Shown piece by piece: positions 9,235 through 22,343 of a stretch of 64,000 nucleotides of DNA; positions within the stretch are counted from its first letter, which is position 1; each line of letters begins with the position of its first letter. A program made the position numbers and the translations under genes. The notes under the pieces are model-generated. The model was not told the DNA's origin, did no database searches, and was given only the letters and a program-made list of their open reading frames with translations. Source of the DNA: Lama glama (taxonomy: Eukaryota); assembly GCA_028534125.1 (NCBI GenBank), contig CM052816.1:27220001-27284000 (forward strand), given 5' to 3'.

Positions 9235-11963
9235 CTATAAACCAGTTAAAATACTTTTTTCCACAGTTTCCTCCGAATGCACAATTTTGGTGGACTTCTC
9301 TCTCCTGTATGCATCACTGCAGTTGATAGCAACTTCTGGGTCTCTTACTTGAGAAGAGTGCCTAGCACAGGGCTGAATTCTTGCATGGCTCAATCACAGG
9401 TTGTTGACTCTATCAGCATGTAGAAAGATGTGTGGTCTACTGACATGCTTTGACAAGAGGGAGAGATGATTTACTTTTCATTGGAAACATGATCCATTTT
9501 TCTAATAATTGCAATTCTTTTTCCAGGTTTCTTCCAAGGAAGATCCTACAAAAAAGGCTTAGAGATCTTGGGAATTGAGGGTGGAGAAGAAAGAAGACAA
9601 GGGAGGGAAGATGACAGCAAAGAGGAAGGAGAGAGAGCAAGGGAGGAAAAAGAGAGGGACACAGAGAGAAGAGGAGGAGGAAGAGGTGGAAGAAGAATGG
9701 GAAGAAATAAGATGAAAACAAGGTGGATATAAGAGTATTGACAAAATTGCTAGTTGATATTCACTAGCCACCATCAATGAGAGATGGTTTTATTGAGATC
9801 AACAGTAAACATTCTATTCAGATCAGCAAACTTAGGGTCTCACCAGGACAGGAATCAAGTGCTGGGAAAGTACTGTAAAACCGTGCACAAGTTAAAGAAT
9901 ACTGGGGAATAACAGCAGAGATCACACAGGACACATAGGCAGATCAACCAATGAGAGTTATGGGTGGCAGACAGCGCGAACTCCATTTTCATTCAGGGAA
10001 ATGGCATCAACCCTGTTGTAATGAATTCCTTATTCTCACTTTGCTTTATCAACTTAACATTAAGTATATAGGAGGCTACTGAAGAAATAACATTTAACCC
10101 ACTTTGTATCAGGGAGTCTTTTAGGGAAGTATTTAAATATTTCTTTTATAGTCATTTCCTCCAGCCTGTACTATGTTACTGATGAACATTCACTTTGAGA
10201 AAAAATACTTCTCAAAATTTACTTCTTGAAGATACTTTCAGTCTCATCCACACTCCCAACCCCATGATGTACATCTTGAACTTTCTTGTTACGGTTGAGG
10301 TCTTTATACTGATGCTTTATGAGCATAAACAATGGGATTTCAATCCATTCAAAGTGGCGAAGGTTTGGAACCTTATCTTTTCTGAGAAGCATTCTTCATT
10401 TACTGTATTGAACTTTGGCAATACAAGTCCCTTTAGTAACATAAAAGCAGCCAGTCTTTAAAAGATGCTGACAGATGTTGTGATAGTTTTTACAGTGGAG
10501 CTGAGTTCCCTGCTCTGCTGCAGGTAATTAGGCACGCAGACCTAGCTTCACGCGTTTTACTAGCCTGATGGGAGGGAGTTGGGGCCAGGGCCCCAAAGCT
10601 GTGCTTACTAAAAGGAAACACACTCTTTCTTTAACATGTAAATGTGTCTTGATTTCTATAAAGAAATGAGTTTGTGTTCTCATTTTTAAAATTCTGCACA
10701 AAACTAAGTTTGTGGTAAGGAAAACATTGCTTCTATTAATTTCAGGCACACATAACTTATACAAGTCATAAGGAACTTGGATGGTAAAGATGTCGTACAT
10801 ATGTGATTTAAGAACCAGCATTTTTAGTGTCCAAGCAACATCATTAAACACAGAATGCATTGTCTTGCAGCCTGACTCATCTGAATTCCGCTCGACTTTC
10901 CTACTTTACCGTTTTAAAAAATTCTTTGGTCTTTTGTGCTTACTACTGTGGTACCTAAAATGATAGTGTCAATAAACCATCAAATTGCCAGAGTTTCCTA
11001 AGTCAAGGTAGCATCTCTTTCTTTCAAACTCTTCCAATTTTCTTTGGTGTGTTTAATTGGGAACTCTGTGTCTGGCTCATAAAATCCCTGCAGAATGTCC
11101 CGCCCCCTTCCATGTTCAAGTTTAAAAACATAGTCTGTCTAAGAACAAAACTGGAGCCTCTGGGGGACACAGAGAGCACTCGCTGGGTCTCATTCCTTTG
11201 CAGGCCCCATTCTAGGGCTAAGTCCCAAAGGTTGGCTCACGTACGACTCCAGCTTCTCCCAGCAGAAAGCACAGGAATCTACCTTTCCCATATGCTTCCC
11301 ATATATTCTCTATTAGAATCCCAAACACAAGGACAGAGCAGTGAAATGTGAGGAAGCAATCAAAGAGCGCACAGGAGGCCAAGGGGTCCAAATCAGAACA
11401 GGACATCTCATTTGAGAAGACAAAGTGAGAAATGTGAGAACCACACACGGCACCAGGCTGTGTCAACAGGAACTCACAGGACCCAAACAAGGACACAGAA
11501 GCATGGCCGAAATTCACAGACACGTTGCTCTTTAAGTCAGAAGGAACCTACCTCCCAGATGTGTACAGACGCCAGTGTCCCCTTTTCCCAGATTTATTAA
11601 AGATGCAGTGTCCCTCGCCCAAGACCAAAGTGTTGTCCAGAGGTAGAGCCAACATCACAACCCATGCTCCCGGTGCTAGTTCCATGGTCAGGGCACTATG
11701 GGGACAGTGTAGGGCAGAGCAGATGGATAGACAGTAGGGTGACGATAACGAGCAGACTTGTGCCAGAGCCAATCCCGCTGTTTGCTAGTCGTTTATCTTG
11801 GACCCAGGACTAATACTTTCTGAAGTTTAATTTTCAAATCTATAAAATGTAAGTAATATCTCCACATGAGCATGGCTGGTTCACAAAAGACACTTCAATA
11901 TGTAAATTTTTTTAAAACAAATGCTTTTGTAAAGGATCCTGCACTAAAGCAGCCACTCAAGTC

Positions 11964-12057
11964 TTTTTTTTTTTTTTAATGGAGGTACTGGGGATTGAAT
12001 TTAGGACTTTATGCATGCTAAGCATGTGCGCTACCACTGAGCTTACCCTCCCCTCCC
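11964..12057 (-). mobile_element. Camelid tRNA-derived SINE (Vic-1-like)
   Basis: Minus strand gggaggg..agctcagtggtagcgcacatgcttagcatgc...aattcaatccccagtacctccattaaaa with A-tail and Pol III A/B-like boxes. Confidence 0.85.
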
Positions 12058-12784
12058 AACACTTAAAATTACCTCCTCCTTCTGTATTTCATTGCATCTC
12101 ATCAAACCTAAGTTCGTCAAATGACCACATGTGCAAGATTGCCTCCTGATTCAGCACCTTGGCCTATTTCATCCACCAGGACTCAGAAGGGCCCGCACTG
12201 GATTGCAGTTATCATTGCTAGTAACTGTTCACAGCATACAATGCTCCCTCCTACTAATAAGAATACATTCTCCTTTCAAACTAAAAGTTGACAGGCCTCT
12301 TACAGGCCATGCCAACACTTTCAAAGTAAAACTCTTGAAGTTTTTACATGATAGGATGAAACCATCTAGAACTTACTGCTCAAGTGGATTCCAAGAGCTG
12401 CATCCACAATAGGGCTGTTATGAACTCAGGCTCTGCATCGTCTCCTAAGGGATTAGACAGGCCTCATCATGTGTGAGAGGCAGAAAAAAGTGACCCAAGA
12501 AGGAGCTAAATCCTTGGTTGTCATTAGTATTTTCTCATGTCAACGCTGCGATTTGAGAAGACAGACTGAATTGACTTATTTTATATACTCATCTGATCCT
12601 TTAGTACTTAGTGAAAATTAGAATGTTTTATTTGATCCCTATGGGAAAGCAGCTAACCTGGTCCGTTTGTTTCTGAAATAAAGTATCAGCAGTCAAACTA
12701 CTCTTAAAGACTTTTAGAAATCAGAACATCACAGATTTATTAGAAAGTAAGTGCCCCAAGCTTATAGGTGGCTGTTAACATGGT

Positions 12785-12790
12785 TTTATT
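12785..12790 (-). terminator. SNCAIP polyadenylation signal AATAAA (3' UTR about 13340 to 12768)
   Basis: Plus strand tttatt. On the minus strand it is preceded by a U-rich TGTA element (tttttgtataaaggaAATAAA). Confidence 0.75.
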
Positions 12791-13261
12791 TCCTTTATAC
12801 AAAAAGTAGAAATGACAGAAAAAAAACAGTCTTAACAGAAAACAATACCACTGACCTGGTCTCATTGAGAAGCTGAGCCCAAACTGCCCATATCACAGGG
12901 ACAGGGAAATTCGACCGTCATCAGCAAACACTCATGCAGCTGATGAAATACAAAATGGTGTCAGTGGCTCGGGGAACCTGTGGGGAGATTGAACCAATCG
13001 ATCTTAAAAAACATACATTTGGCCAATCATGCTTTTAAACAGCATCTCTTTAAAAACAAGTTATATATACAAATATCACCCCAAAATGTGTCTTATATAC
13101 TCTAGTGCTATAAATTTAAGGCATCCTGATATTCTGCTCTTCTGCTGGTGAGGCATTGTTCTCATGGTTCTATTTCCGTGGATAGAGGATTTCACAGAGG
13201 ATAGTCCAGACATTTCCAAAGGTGTTCAAAGGGCAGCAATGAGAGATAATAAAAAAGTGAT

Positions 13262-13346
13262 TTATAAGAAGAGTTCTTCTGACTCTGGCTCAGCAATGTG
13301 CTTTATGCTGTAGGATTTCTTCATTTTTCTATTGATGTCATTATGC
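13262..13346 (-). CDS. SNCAIP: SNCAIP last exon in the alternative frame used after the cassette exon: (R)HNDINRKMKKSYSIKHIAEPESEELFL*
   Basis: Open 27-codon frame to TAA at 13264-13262, in phase with the 71-nt cassette. Matches the recalled synphilin-1A C-terminus. Confidence 0.85.
13341..13346 (-). CDS. SNCAIP: SNCAIP last exon, canonical coding part (GCA TAA = Ala-stop)
   Basis: Acceptor tttctcttccgcttag|GCATAA gives the KGKNKAA* ending. Confidence 0.9.
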   Translation of the reverse strand, partial: A

Positions 13347-14359
13347 CTAAGCGGAAGAGAAACCACAGGCCAAAATTAGGTAAAACTATGGTCAAGCTAC
13401 AATACAATACCACTAAACATCTCCCCAAAAATGGAAATTATCCTCACACACACCACTTCATTCCAGTAGGCAAATTATTCTCTTTTCATATAAACCACTC
13501 TTTAAACAATAAAAGCAATAGTCATGTAATAACATACTTTGTGGACATTTTTTACTTTGGCTCCAGAAGTAATTTCTCGATCATGCGGATTGAAATCCAG
13601 GCAAAATTCTATAGTCAAGTGAATTTTATCAGAATCAAACAAAATAGGAAGTACAGTACTGCTAGTTGAGTGGAAACAGATATTTATGTTTTATTGACTG
13701 GATTCACTGGTGGTAACTTTTATTCTTTAGTAAGCTTAAGTATTAATCTAAAGGAAATGCTTTGACTTTGGGTGTGTGATTACTAAGTGGTAACATGTTG
13801 GAAGACCACGAGTACGTAAATCTATAGGAAAAAGAAGAAATTAGGGAATAATAATGCTGTTTTCCCCTCAATACTCGATACCTTGTAAGCCTATGGAAAG
13901 AAGTACCAGCTCAAGCCTGGGAACAGTTTTGCTTTTTATGCGAATTTCCCTCTGGGTAGAAGCTTTCATTTTCATGTTATATTAGTCCCATACTGAGTAT
14001 AAAATCTTCCAGAGAGGAGTTATTCCTGAGTTTGAAGAAGCCTACATATTACTAAATTCCTTCTTGTTACTATATCAGTCAATAACAGTTTCTGGGAATA
14101 GTACTCACTCATGTGAGGACACATTTGGATGGAGAACGCCAAGTGTGGTTTTATGGCCTCAAAACTGTGCTTGCTTACAAAGACTGTGGAGTCTCTTCTC
14201 AGTGTCCTAGTTAGTATTTAAGCATTATCACCATCTGAAAGTTATAAACCTTATTTTTATTTGTTCATCTGACTAGAACTTTAGGGAGTCGTTCATGGGC
14301 AAGAAGGGGAAGAAGGTGAAAGAAAAACCTGATTGGTTAAAAGATGTTCTAGGAAATTC

Positions 14360-15960
14360 CAATTAAATGTGGTGGATTAAATACATACATTTATCATCCC
14401 TTTCTTACAAAACAACAGTAAAATGAAAGTAGAGAAGTAAAAAAGGCATCGACCTAAATAAATAAGGGGAATGGGAGAGGAAATATGGTAATGCATAAAA
14501 TGGCAATAATGTTTCAGAAATAAGAAGATGGATGGACATGTGGAACTGACTTAGCAGAGCAGGAAAAGCAGAAATTTAAGCCTATGGTCAGGGGACACAA
14601 CAAACTGATTTGCACTGCAAGGCTCAGGAACTAGAAGTACCAGGTATTTCTGAAGGTGACAGTGGGTGCTGTGTGGGTGCTAAAAATGGAAGATTATTTG
14701 AAAATTTTTAGGAAGTAGCTGTTCATACCCAGATTATCTTCCTGACACAATGCAGCCAGGTGACTGTCCCTTTCCCAGTGTGAAGAAAGACTAGAGGTTA
14801 GTTTGCAAGGCATGAAGCAGAGAGACTAGGAATTCAGCTGAAGTGGGTGGAAACCATGGGATTAAGTGAAAGTCCCTACAGAACACAATTGTCAACCCAT
14901 CTCCTGTTTTTTGATCCACAGATTCCTGGCAATCAGGTTAACAGGACTGAGCAGGAGACTGGAGGTCACCTACCATGAGAAGTCAACTGCCAAAAGAAAA
15001 GTCCTACAAATACTGACAATGAATAAACCTCCCAACAAAAGAGCTTAGTATTTTAACAGTCTGTGTGAAGCAACATCTATCAGTCAACATAGAGCCAGAG
15101 CTTCAATTTAGCTTTAGTGTCTTGTTCTTAAATATGAGTGAGTCAAGGATCACCCAACTTTTGAGGAAAGCACTCATATGACAGACAGAGACCAAAATAA
15201 ACAAACAAATGGTAGTCAAAGTCGATAGAAATAACATAGGGAGGTAATGAGGACTTCAAAAAAATTTAACTAGAAGAAAAGAAAAACTGGGGAAAATGTG
15301 TGCAGTTCATATCACAAAGGATTAATCTTCATAATGTGTAATATATAAAGAGCTGCTACAAATCAACAAGACCAGAATCTCAATAAAAATGCAGAAAGAA
15401 TTAAAAATAGTACATTCATACAATGAAATAATGCATAGCTATGTAAAAGAATGAAGACGCTGTCTCTATACTAAGACCTCCAATGTGTTAGGTGAAAAAA
15501 AGCAATAAGACTGTTATTAGTATGCCACCTGTACTGCAAAAGGAAGGAAAGAATAAAATTTGTATTTGCTTGTAAAATTTAAATAAGTCTTGTATACAGG
15601 ATGCTATGAGAAAACAACAAAGAGAAAACCAACAAAGTGCTATTAGAAATTAACACTGTAATAGCAGAAATAAAAAATTAGAAATGTTGGAAGGTAAAAT
15701 TCAGTAAATATCCTAGAAAGAACTTTCAGAAAAAGCAGAAGAATGGATAAAGACAGAAGAATAGTTAGAAAATCATTAGAAAAATAGAAAAAAAAAGTTA
15801 GAAAACGATCAGTCCAGTGTGTTGAACATTAGAATAATAGTATCTCCAGAAAAGCAAATAGGAAAATTTAAGGGGATAAAATTTTCAAAGAAATTGTACA
15901 AAAACATTTCCCAGAACCAAAGCATATAGGTTTCCAGATTGGAAAAAACCTGTCGAGTGC
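14360..15960 (+). mobile_element. Old L1M fragments (ORF1-like and 3'-end pieces)
   Basis: A-rich strand with motifs such as aaaacatttcccagaacc...tttccagattggaa. Boundaries approximate. Confidence 0.5.
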
Positions 15961-18900
15961 CCAATCTGCAAAATGTGGATAATAACAGTATCTACCATAT
16001 TGTGTCATTCATTGTGAAGATGAAAATAGTCAATATGCATGAAGCACCTGGAATATTCTTTGGTATACTGTAAGTGCTTTATAAGTGTTATGAAGTGTCA
16101 TTTTTATCTTCAGAATAGGATGCCAAGAGTCAACAGAGTAATATCTAAAACTCAAAGTTTATTTCAGCATGTCATTTAGAAATAGAGAATACTAGAAAAT
16201 ACCAAAAGGAAAAGCAAGTGGCTGATTTAGGGGAATGGGAACAGAGAACAGGGGGACAGCCAGTTTTTGTTATAACGCTACCATTACTATTAGTACCTAG
16301 AGAAACTTGACAAAAAAATTAAATTAAATATAAATAAAAGTTAAAAAAAAAGTCTTAGGTGGCAGTCTAAGGATAATGTCATCATTTACACATTGATGGA
16401 GTATTTCTACTTTAATGTGCTGTGCTCAAAAACACTAAGAACAATTCAGCAGTACAAAATTCAGCATGATTAGAGTTGAGTCTATACCAAATAAAATGTT
16501 AATCTGAGGCATTTATCTGAATAATATCAGGATGATTCAAGCCTCCCCGAACCCTTCAATTACCTAGTCCTGACTTACCAGTATTCAAAAAAAAAAAAAA
16601 AAAGCTAAAGTGTTTGGGTAATTCCAGCATGAATTATTCCGATAATTTGCTGCTCCTTGATTTCATTTTTGGATATAAAATTACATTCTCAGTGACCAAA
16701 ATTGGAAAGAAGGCTTAAATTTAAATAACAGTTTTTCAAGTAATCTAACTTGCTGACTCATCTAGGCATAGATTCCATATTTCCACAGCCCAGGGTGACC
16801 AGACAGCACGTTATTGAGAGGATTAGTCTAAAATGGCCCACGAGCATGCACTGCATTTTCCACTGATAACCAAGACAGGGAGACTTGGCTATTTTTGTGA
16901 TCTCCTTCAGAGGCTTACTGAGAGCATATCTGTAAACCTCATCTACTGAAAAAATGAAATTCTGGTTCAAAGAGTGAAAACTTATACTCGAAGTACCCAA
17001 AATGAAATTCACTGTAGGTAGGTGGACTTGTAATCGAAAAGACCTGGATTTCTACAGAGCAAACCATTCTTCCTGTGGGACGTCAAGCTCCACCTTTTAA
17101 AACTCTTTCCCCCTCTTCTTATCCTTTTCCTCTCTCTAGCTCGCCCTCTCTCCAAATATTATGAAGTCCTACCACGTGCCAGGCACCAAGCTAGACACTG
17201 GGCACAGATTGAGGAATGATGATGCTCTCAGAAATTTCTGACACCTTTCATGGAGTTGTCCTTGTTTTACCTGTATCTTCTCTTAATTCTCTCTTGACGA
17301 TGATCTCGCTGAATAAAGGGACATTCCTTAATCTGGCACAGCAAAATGTGTGGCTTATTGCTAAGGATAAGGGTGAAATGAGGGCACTGGCAATCCAGGG
17401 ATGTGACATCCAGGAGAGTCACAGAGCTGCACATACGGTTCCCAGAGCGGGAAGGAAAATCCCATGTGGTTGTGGTTGGAGCAGGTATGCTGGGTGAAGG
17501 TGCTGGAAGGTGTTCCCGTAAAATCTCTGATATTTTAAACCTCCAACAACTTGCTGCGTCCTTAAACTCCAGCCTTAGGAGAATTTATAGGCAGTCACTG
17601 CTCTTTTATTGTGCAAAGATCCCCTATTGGCGGAAGACAGGTGGTGGGAGTATGGCACTGGTTCTCTATTTACCCCTTTTGGAGTGACACAGTGCAAAAT
17701 CGGGCTGTGGGGTTGGGGGAGGAAAGGAAGGTGGAGTGGAAGAAGGGAGTTGTTTGCTCTTAACTTCAGTGACTACACTTAGACCAGGATTAGCAGGCTG
17801 AAGGGATGTATTTCTAGTAGGATGAGTTTGCTTTCCAAGGCAGATCTCCTCTATGTACATAGTTCCTATCTGCAGCTCATGGGCATTTCACATGTTCATT
17901 TCCTGCCTTCCAGGGGCAGTGCTTTAAGACAAAACATAGGGTCGTAGTTGCAATAGCTTTTTCTACATCTCAACGCATCATAGTTTGATACTAAATTTTG
18001 TTTCACTGTCTTCTTGGGGTGGAATATACTTCCTCATTTTCTCAGAAGGTGTAGGGAGCTCATGAAAAGAAACTCCATTTGTGAATCATGTTCTCATGAA
18101 CTTTGCAAATTCTGGCAGCTTTTATGAAGAGTTTGCTAAGGTGTGTCCAGACACTGCAAAGATCTGATCGTTTTAGCTATTCCCTATAACATGGGCATTT
18201 TTCTCTGCACATGAGACTCTATTTGAAACAGCCAATGACAATGTGATCCATTTCAAAGGAGAAGCTGTCACTTAATTAACGGAATCAGAAGAAATAGTTT
18301 GAGATTGCGATCTCCTCCCTCCTCCATGTCATGGGGATAAAGCTTCCTTATAAAATAAGGGTTTTCTCTCTGAAACAAATTTGAGTCCTAGGGAGGCAGA
18401 GGTTGGGGTGGGAGGGACAAAAGTTTTTCAGGAGAAACATGCAGAGGGGTGAAGGGGAGGAGCCCAGGGAGGCTCTAGGGGTTTCTGAAACAGAGGCAAT
18501 CACCCCAGGTGCATCAACACCTTCTTACTCGTTGGCTCTGGACTCCGCAGCTAGTATAGCAGACAGGAAAACACAGAAAAGCATATTTCAGAACAGAGAT
18601 AAGAACTTGAAACTATAGTTTTGGGGCAGAAACTCTAATGTCTATAGCTGTTACTAAATACCCTTTTGGTATTAGCACTCTAACAAACTTTCCTGAACTG
18701 TTCCATTGGTAAGATTCAGTCTGCTCTGGGGGATTCACTCCAGAACGATGCAACCAGAATATACTCGGCTAGCACGGTGACACACCTATGACTGAGTAAT
18801 GATACAATTAGGCCTTCACGAATCCTTAAAAAGTGTATCTGTTGAAAATAAATACTTGAAGGTCAAAAATTTAAGACAAGATTAAAATGTGGATATTTTG

Positions 18901-21900
18901 TTATATCCAGAGGAATTATGGCAAGGAAGCCCTTGTTGATCAGGATCAGGGATTCCTCTTTGTGCTGACTGCATTTTCCATCATGATTCTGGAAACGCTG
19001 TTCACTGGGGCTGAAGGAACAGGCTCTGCTTGGGACAGGTTTCAGCCAGGCTCTCATCTCTACCTTCCCAATGTCCTCCATGTCTTTGCTCATTTTCCTT
19101 TTTAATGATATGTCCTGACAATAAGGAGAGAAATCTGTGTGTGTGTGCGCACACACGCACTGGTGGTAAGGGCACCCTGAATTCTGACCTCCTGTTGGCA
19201 CACTAGGGGTCACTGACATAACCCTTACATCATCTCGGGTCAAACTCACCACTCTCTGAAGTGGCTGTTGAACAATCCTGACATCTGTGTAAAATATTTG
19301 CTACTAGCCCTTGGCTCTGGATGTATAATTCCCAGTGCGGCTAATTCTTTGGCAGTAAAAACCGACACTAATGGTGTTTATTGCTTAATGTCTTCTTAAG
19401 GAGTCTGCTCTCATATTGGTGCGAGGGTTAGGGGTTTCCTGATGCTAACCCCTCAGGCCACAGTGCCACTGTGGTCAGAGCAGATGTGACCAGTGGTGGC
19501 CCAGGGTTAATGCCCTCTCCCTATCAGTAACTGGATTTGATGCTCACTTCATGTGTTACAGATCTCAGATAAACTTAAACTCTGGGAAATAAATGTCTTA
19601 TTGGCATTTTAAGATAAGTAATTGCAAACATTCCCTTAGAGTTGTAAGAACTCAAAACCAACTTGTCCTTTATAAGAAAAAGTAAAGATAAATCTGTTTG
19701 TTATAAACAGTCATCCCCTGCAGTTGAAACACACTGAGAAAAAAGCTATTCAAAGTAACAGAGTTGAATCTAATTTTAAAGGGCATTGAGAAGATTTTAA
19801 GATTCTTTGCTATCAAGCTGTGACAATTTAGAAAAATAAATAGCAAACAGGCCCCCCTCACAGAGCTGACATTCTTTAAAATGTTGTATTTATTGCCCCT
19901 ACTTTTCCTTTACCAGAAAAAAGAAAAAAAATCACTAAAATGTGATTCCAGTATATGCCTGGAACAAGGGTCCACTGCTCCACTCTTTTCCCCAGGGCTG
20001 TACTGATAGGGCCACCAGTGGCATAATGTTTGGATCCAACCCAACCCAATGACTGCCAATTCTTTTCACAGTTACATGATTCTGGGCAGTCCCTCCTACC
20101 TGAGAGGAACCCAACATCTGAAGGCATCACTGATAGATGAACACCTGGGTTTCTTTCTTTCTTGCATCTTTCCATGGGATGCCCTTTCTATGGGTACCAC
20201 AGGCAAAATGAAGCAGCCAATCAATTAGAATCAATTAGGTATTTTTCGTATCCACATTCCCACTCTAGTTTATTATTCTGAGCAACTTTATTTCAAGTAG
20301 AGTTACCAGCCTTACTTGGCTGGTTCCCCTCTCTAGTATGGACAACCTAGTGGATGTTCACTTTTCAGGGAACGCATGCCAAACTAAAACCAAGATAAAG
20401 TATAAGTTAATTTACATGGTAGGGAGGGGAAGGGGTCAGGATGTTTATTTAAATACACTGAATACTTTTCTTTCTAGATTTCTGTTTATCACTGAAAGAA
20501 TACTCTGTTAATACATAAAGCCAGTGAATCTGATAGGTTCAAAAAGAGCCTTCAGAAGGACTGTTCCTTAAACAGAGTTAGGAAATGTTAACCTGGTTGT
20601 CAGACACCTGAGTAGCCTCATAACCTTATTTTGTGCTCTGATTTTTGTAAGTCTATTACAGTAAATTGTTCAGCTTTGTTCCCTTGCTTGTAAAGAAGAC
20701 AGTATGAAATATACCTGGCAGGAGCCTCTACTGTGATACTAACTGTCTTGTTTCCAGGTGCTGTAGGAGCCTGGAAGAAATGAGAGGTATTCTCTTTCCC
20801 CCTCCCAAGGAGTCTGCCACGTCTTTGAGCTTCCATGCCTCAGAGTCTTGCTGGTGACTTCTGTTTAAGGACAAAAGGAGAAATTTCGAGGCACCAGAAG
20901 ATACAACATAAGATGGGAACGCAGAAGGTATGGGGCTGGGGAAGGTAGGTTGGGAGAAACAGAAGTGGGCCAATATCAATGTCTGGGAAGGAAATGGGTA
21001 TTTTTTTCTATTTCCTTCCCACCTCAGGCATTGGGCTCTGAGCTCTGGCCAAGATGCCCTGCCCCAGCATGGCCGGAAATAATCCAGACTGAGGCAACAT
21101 GTGAGCCTGCCCCAAGCAGAATGCTGGTGCCCAGTAAATACAGAAGCTCCAAGCGGCTTCCTGCAACTTACTGAATTAATGAGACCCTTAGGGGCAGCTC
21201 CTAAAATGACTCAGATTTACTCTTCCTCTAGCCTGAATAGAGATGTGGAGCAGATTAAATTTGATTTAGAGGGGGGAAAAGGAGAGTGACATTTCTTACA
21301 CTTTAGAGTTCTGAACAAGTGTTCACACCCACAGCACATACACTCATATTTGTGTGTGTGTGTAATTACGTTTGTATACACACATACAGTCACACAGACA
21401 TTTTGGAGGATTCTGGAAGAGTGCTGAAAGGTGTGTCATAGCTTTCTTTGGATTTAAATGATAGTCTCCTTTAAAAAGAGGTCTGGGGGTTTAACTATAT
21501 TGAAATCAACCCACTGGGAGGTGGGGACTGCATTAGCTCCCCTTCAACTGTTCTCTTCCTCACCTCTCCCGTTTCCTGCTCTGCCAGGAACTGTATGCAT
21601 CCCCGGGATGAAGGAAGCTATGCTGAAGAAGAACCTTGCTTCAGGAGGGGCCTGACCACTGGGGACCTTGGACATGATCTTTTTCTGTATGCGGTCTACA
21701 CATTTTGAATCACAAACATTTGCTTGAGGAAGGCCATTGTTTTGTTGGTGGACACTCGCAGACCAGCATCATAGTTCCAAATGTGAGCTATAGCAACGTC
21801 AGAACGGCAGGACCTCACTTCTCCTGAGGGCAGCAGAATGGTGACTAAAAGAGCTTTCAGTCTATCATCAGCAATGAAAGAAAACCTCAGCTCTGTTTCA

Positions 21901-22272
21901 AAGTTCTGACTCTGATCGGAGGTTGACCCATTCCACCCATGACAGGAAATTTAATTTCTATACTTACTTGGTACTTGATGCCATTAAAACAAAGCCTGAA
22001 AGCCAAAGTCAGCTGGGAAGCACAGCCTGTATGTGAGCTGAGAAGACGCCTCTGCCCTGCCGCTGGAATGAAGCCCCTCCAACAGGGTACCAGCTCCCAT
22101 TCTAAGGCCTAGTTACAAGCCTGACTGCTTCTATTTGGGGGAAGAGTTGTAGTTTTCCTCTTCCTTTGTGTCAGCCCCTGCAAAGAGTGCTCCAGGACCA
22201 CCATTTAAAAGGTCATGCAATTCAAAGTGAAGGCATGGCTCTGTTATGCGATACACCCCTAGCACCACGTAC

Positions 22273-22343
22273 CGTGCATAGTTATGCAGATGCTCTTCAA
22301 TCAGCGTGTTAGAGGAAAGAGTGATGCAGCTGCCGTATATCTC
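22273..22343 (-). CDS. SNCAIP: Alternative 71-nt cassette exon (synphilin-1A exon 9A): EIYGSCITLSSNTLIEEHLHNYA(R)
   Basis: Acceptor cctctctag|GAGATA, donor GCACG|gtacgt, open frame. Closely resembles the human synphilin-1A insert EMYSSCINLSSNMLIEEHLCNDTR as recalled. Confidence 0.85.

Noticed and set aside
9437..9777. Hydrophobic Phe/Leu/Ser ORFs
   Set aside because: Products of a GA-rich low-complexity tract.
11964..12057. tRNA gene-like sequences (also at 29.5, 55.4 and 62.2 kb)
   Set aside because: A-tails, TSDs and divergence show they are tRNA-derived SINEs.
13298..13669. 123-aa plus-strand ORF overlapping the last SNCAIP exon
   Set aside because: GTG start, no recognisable domain, intron-like composition.
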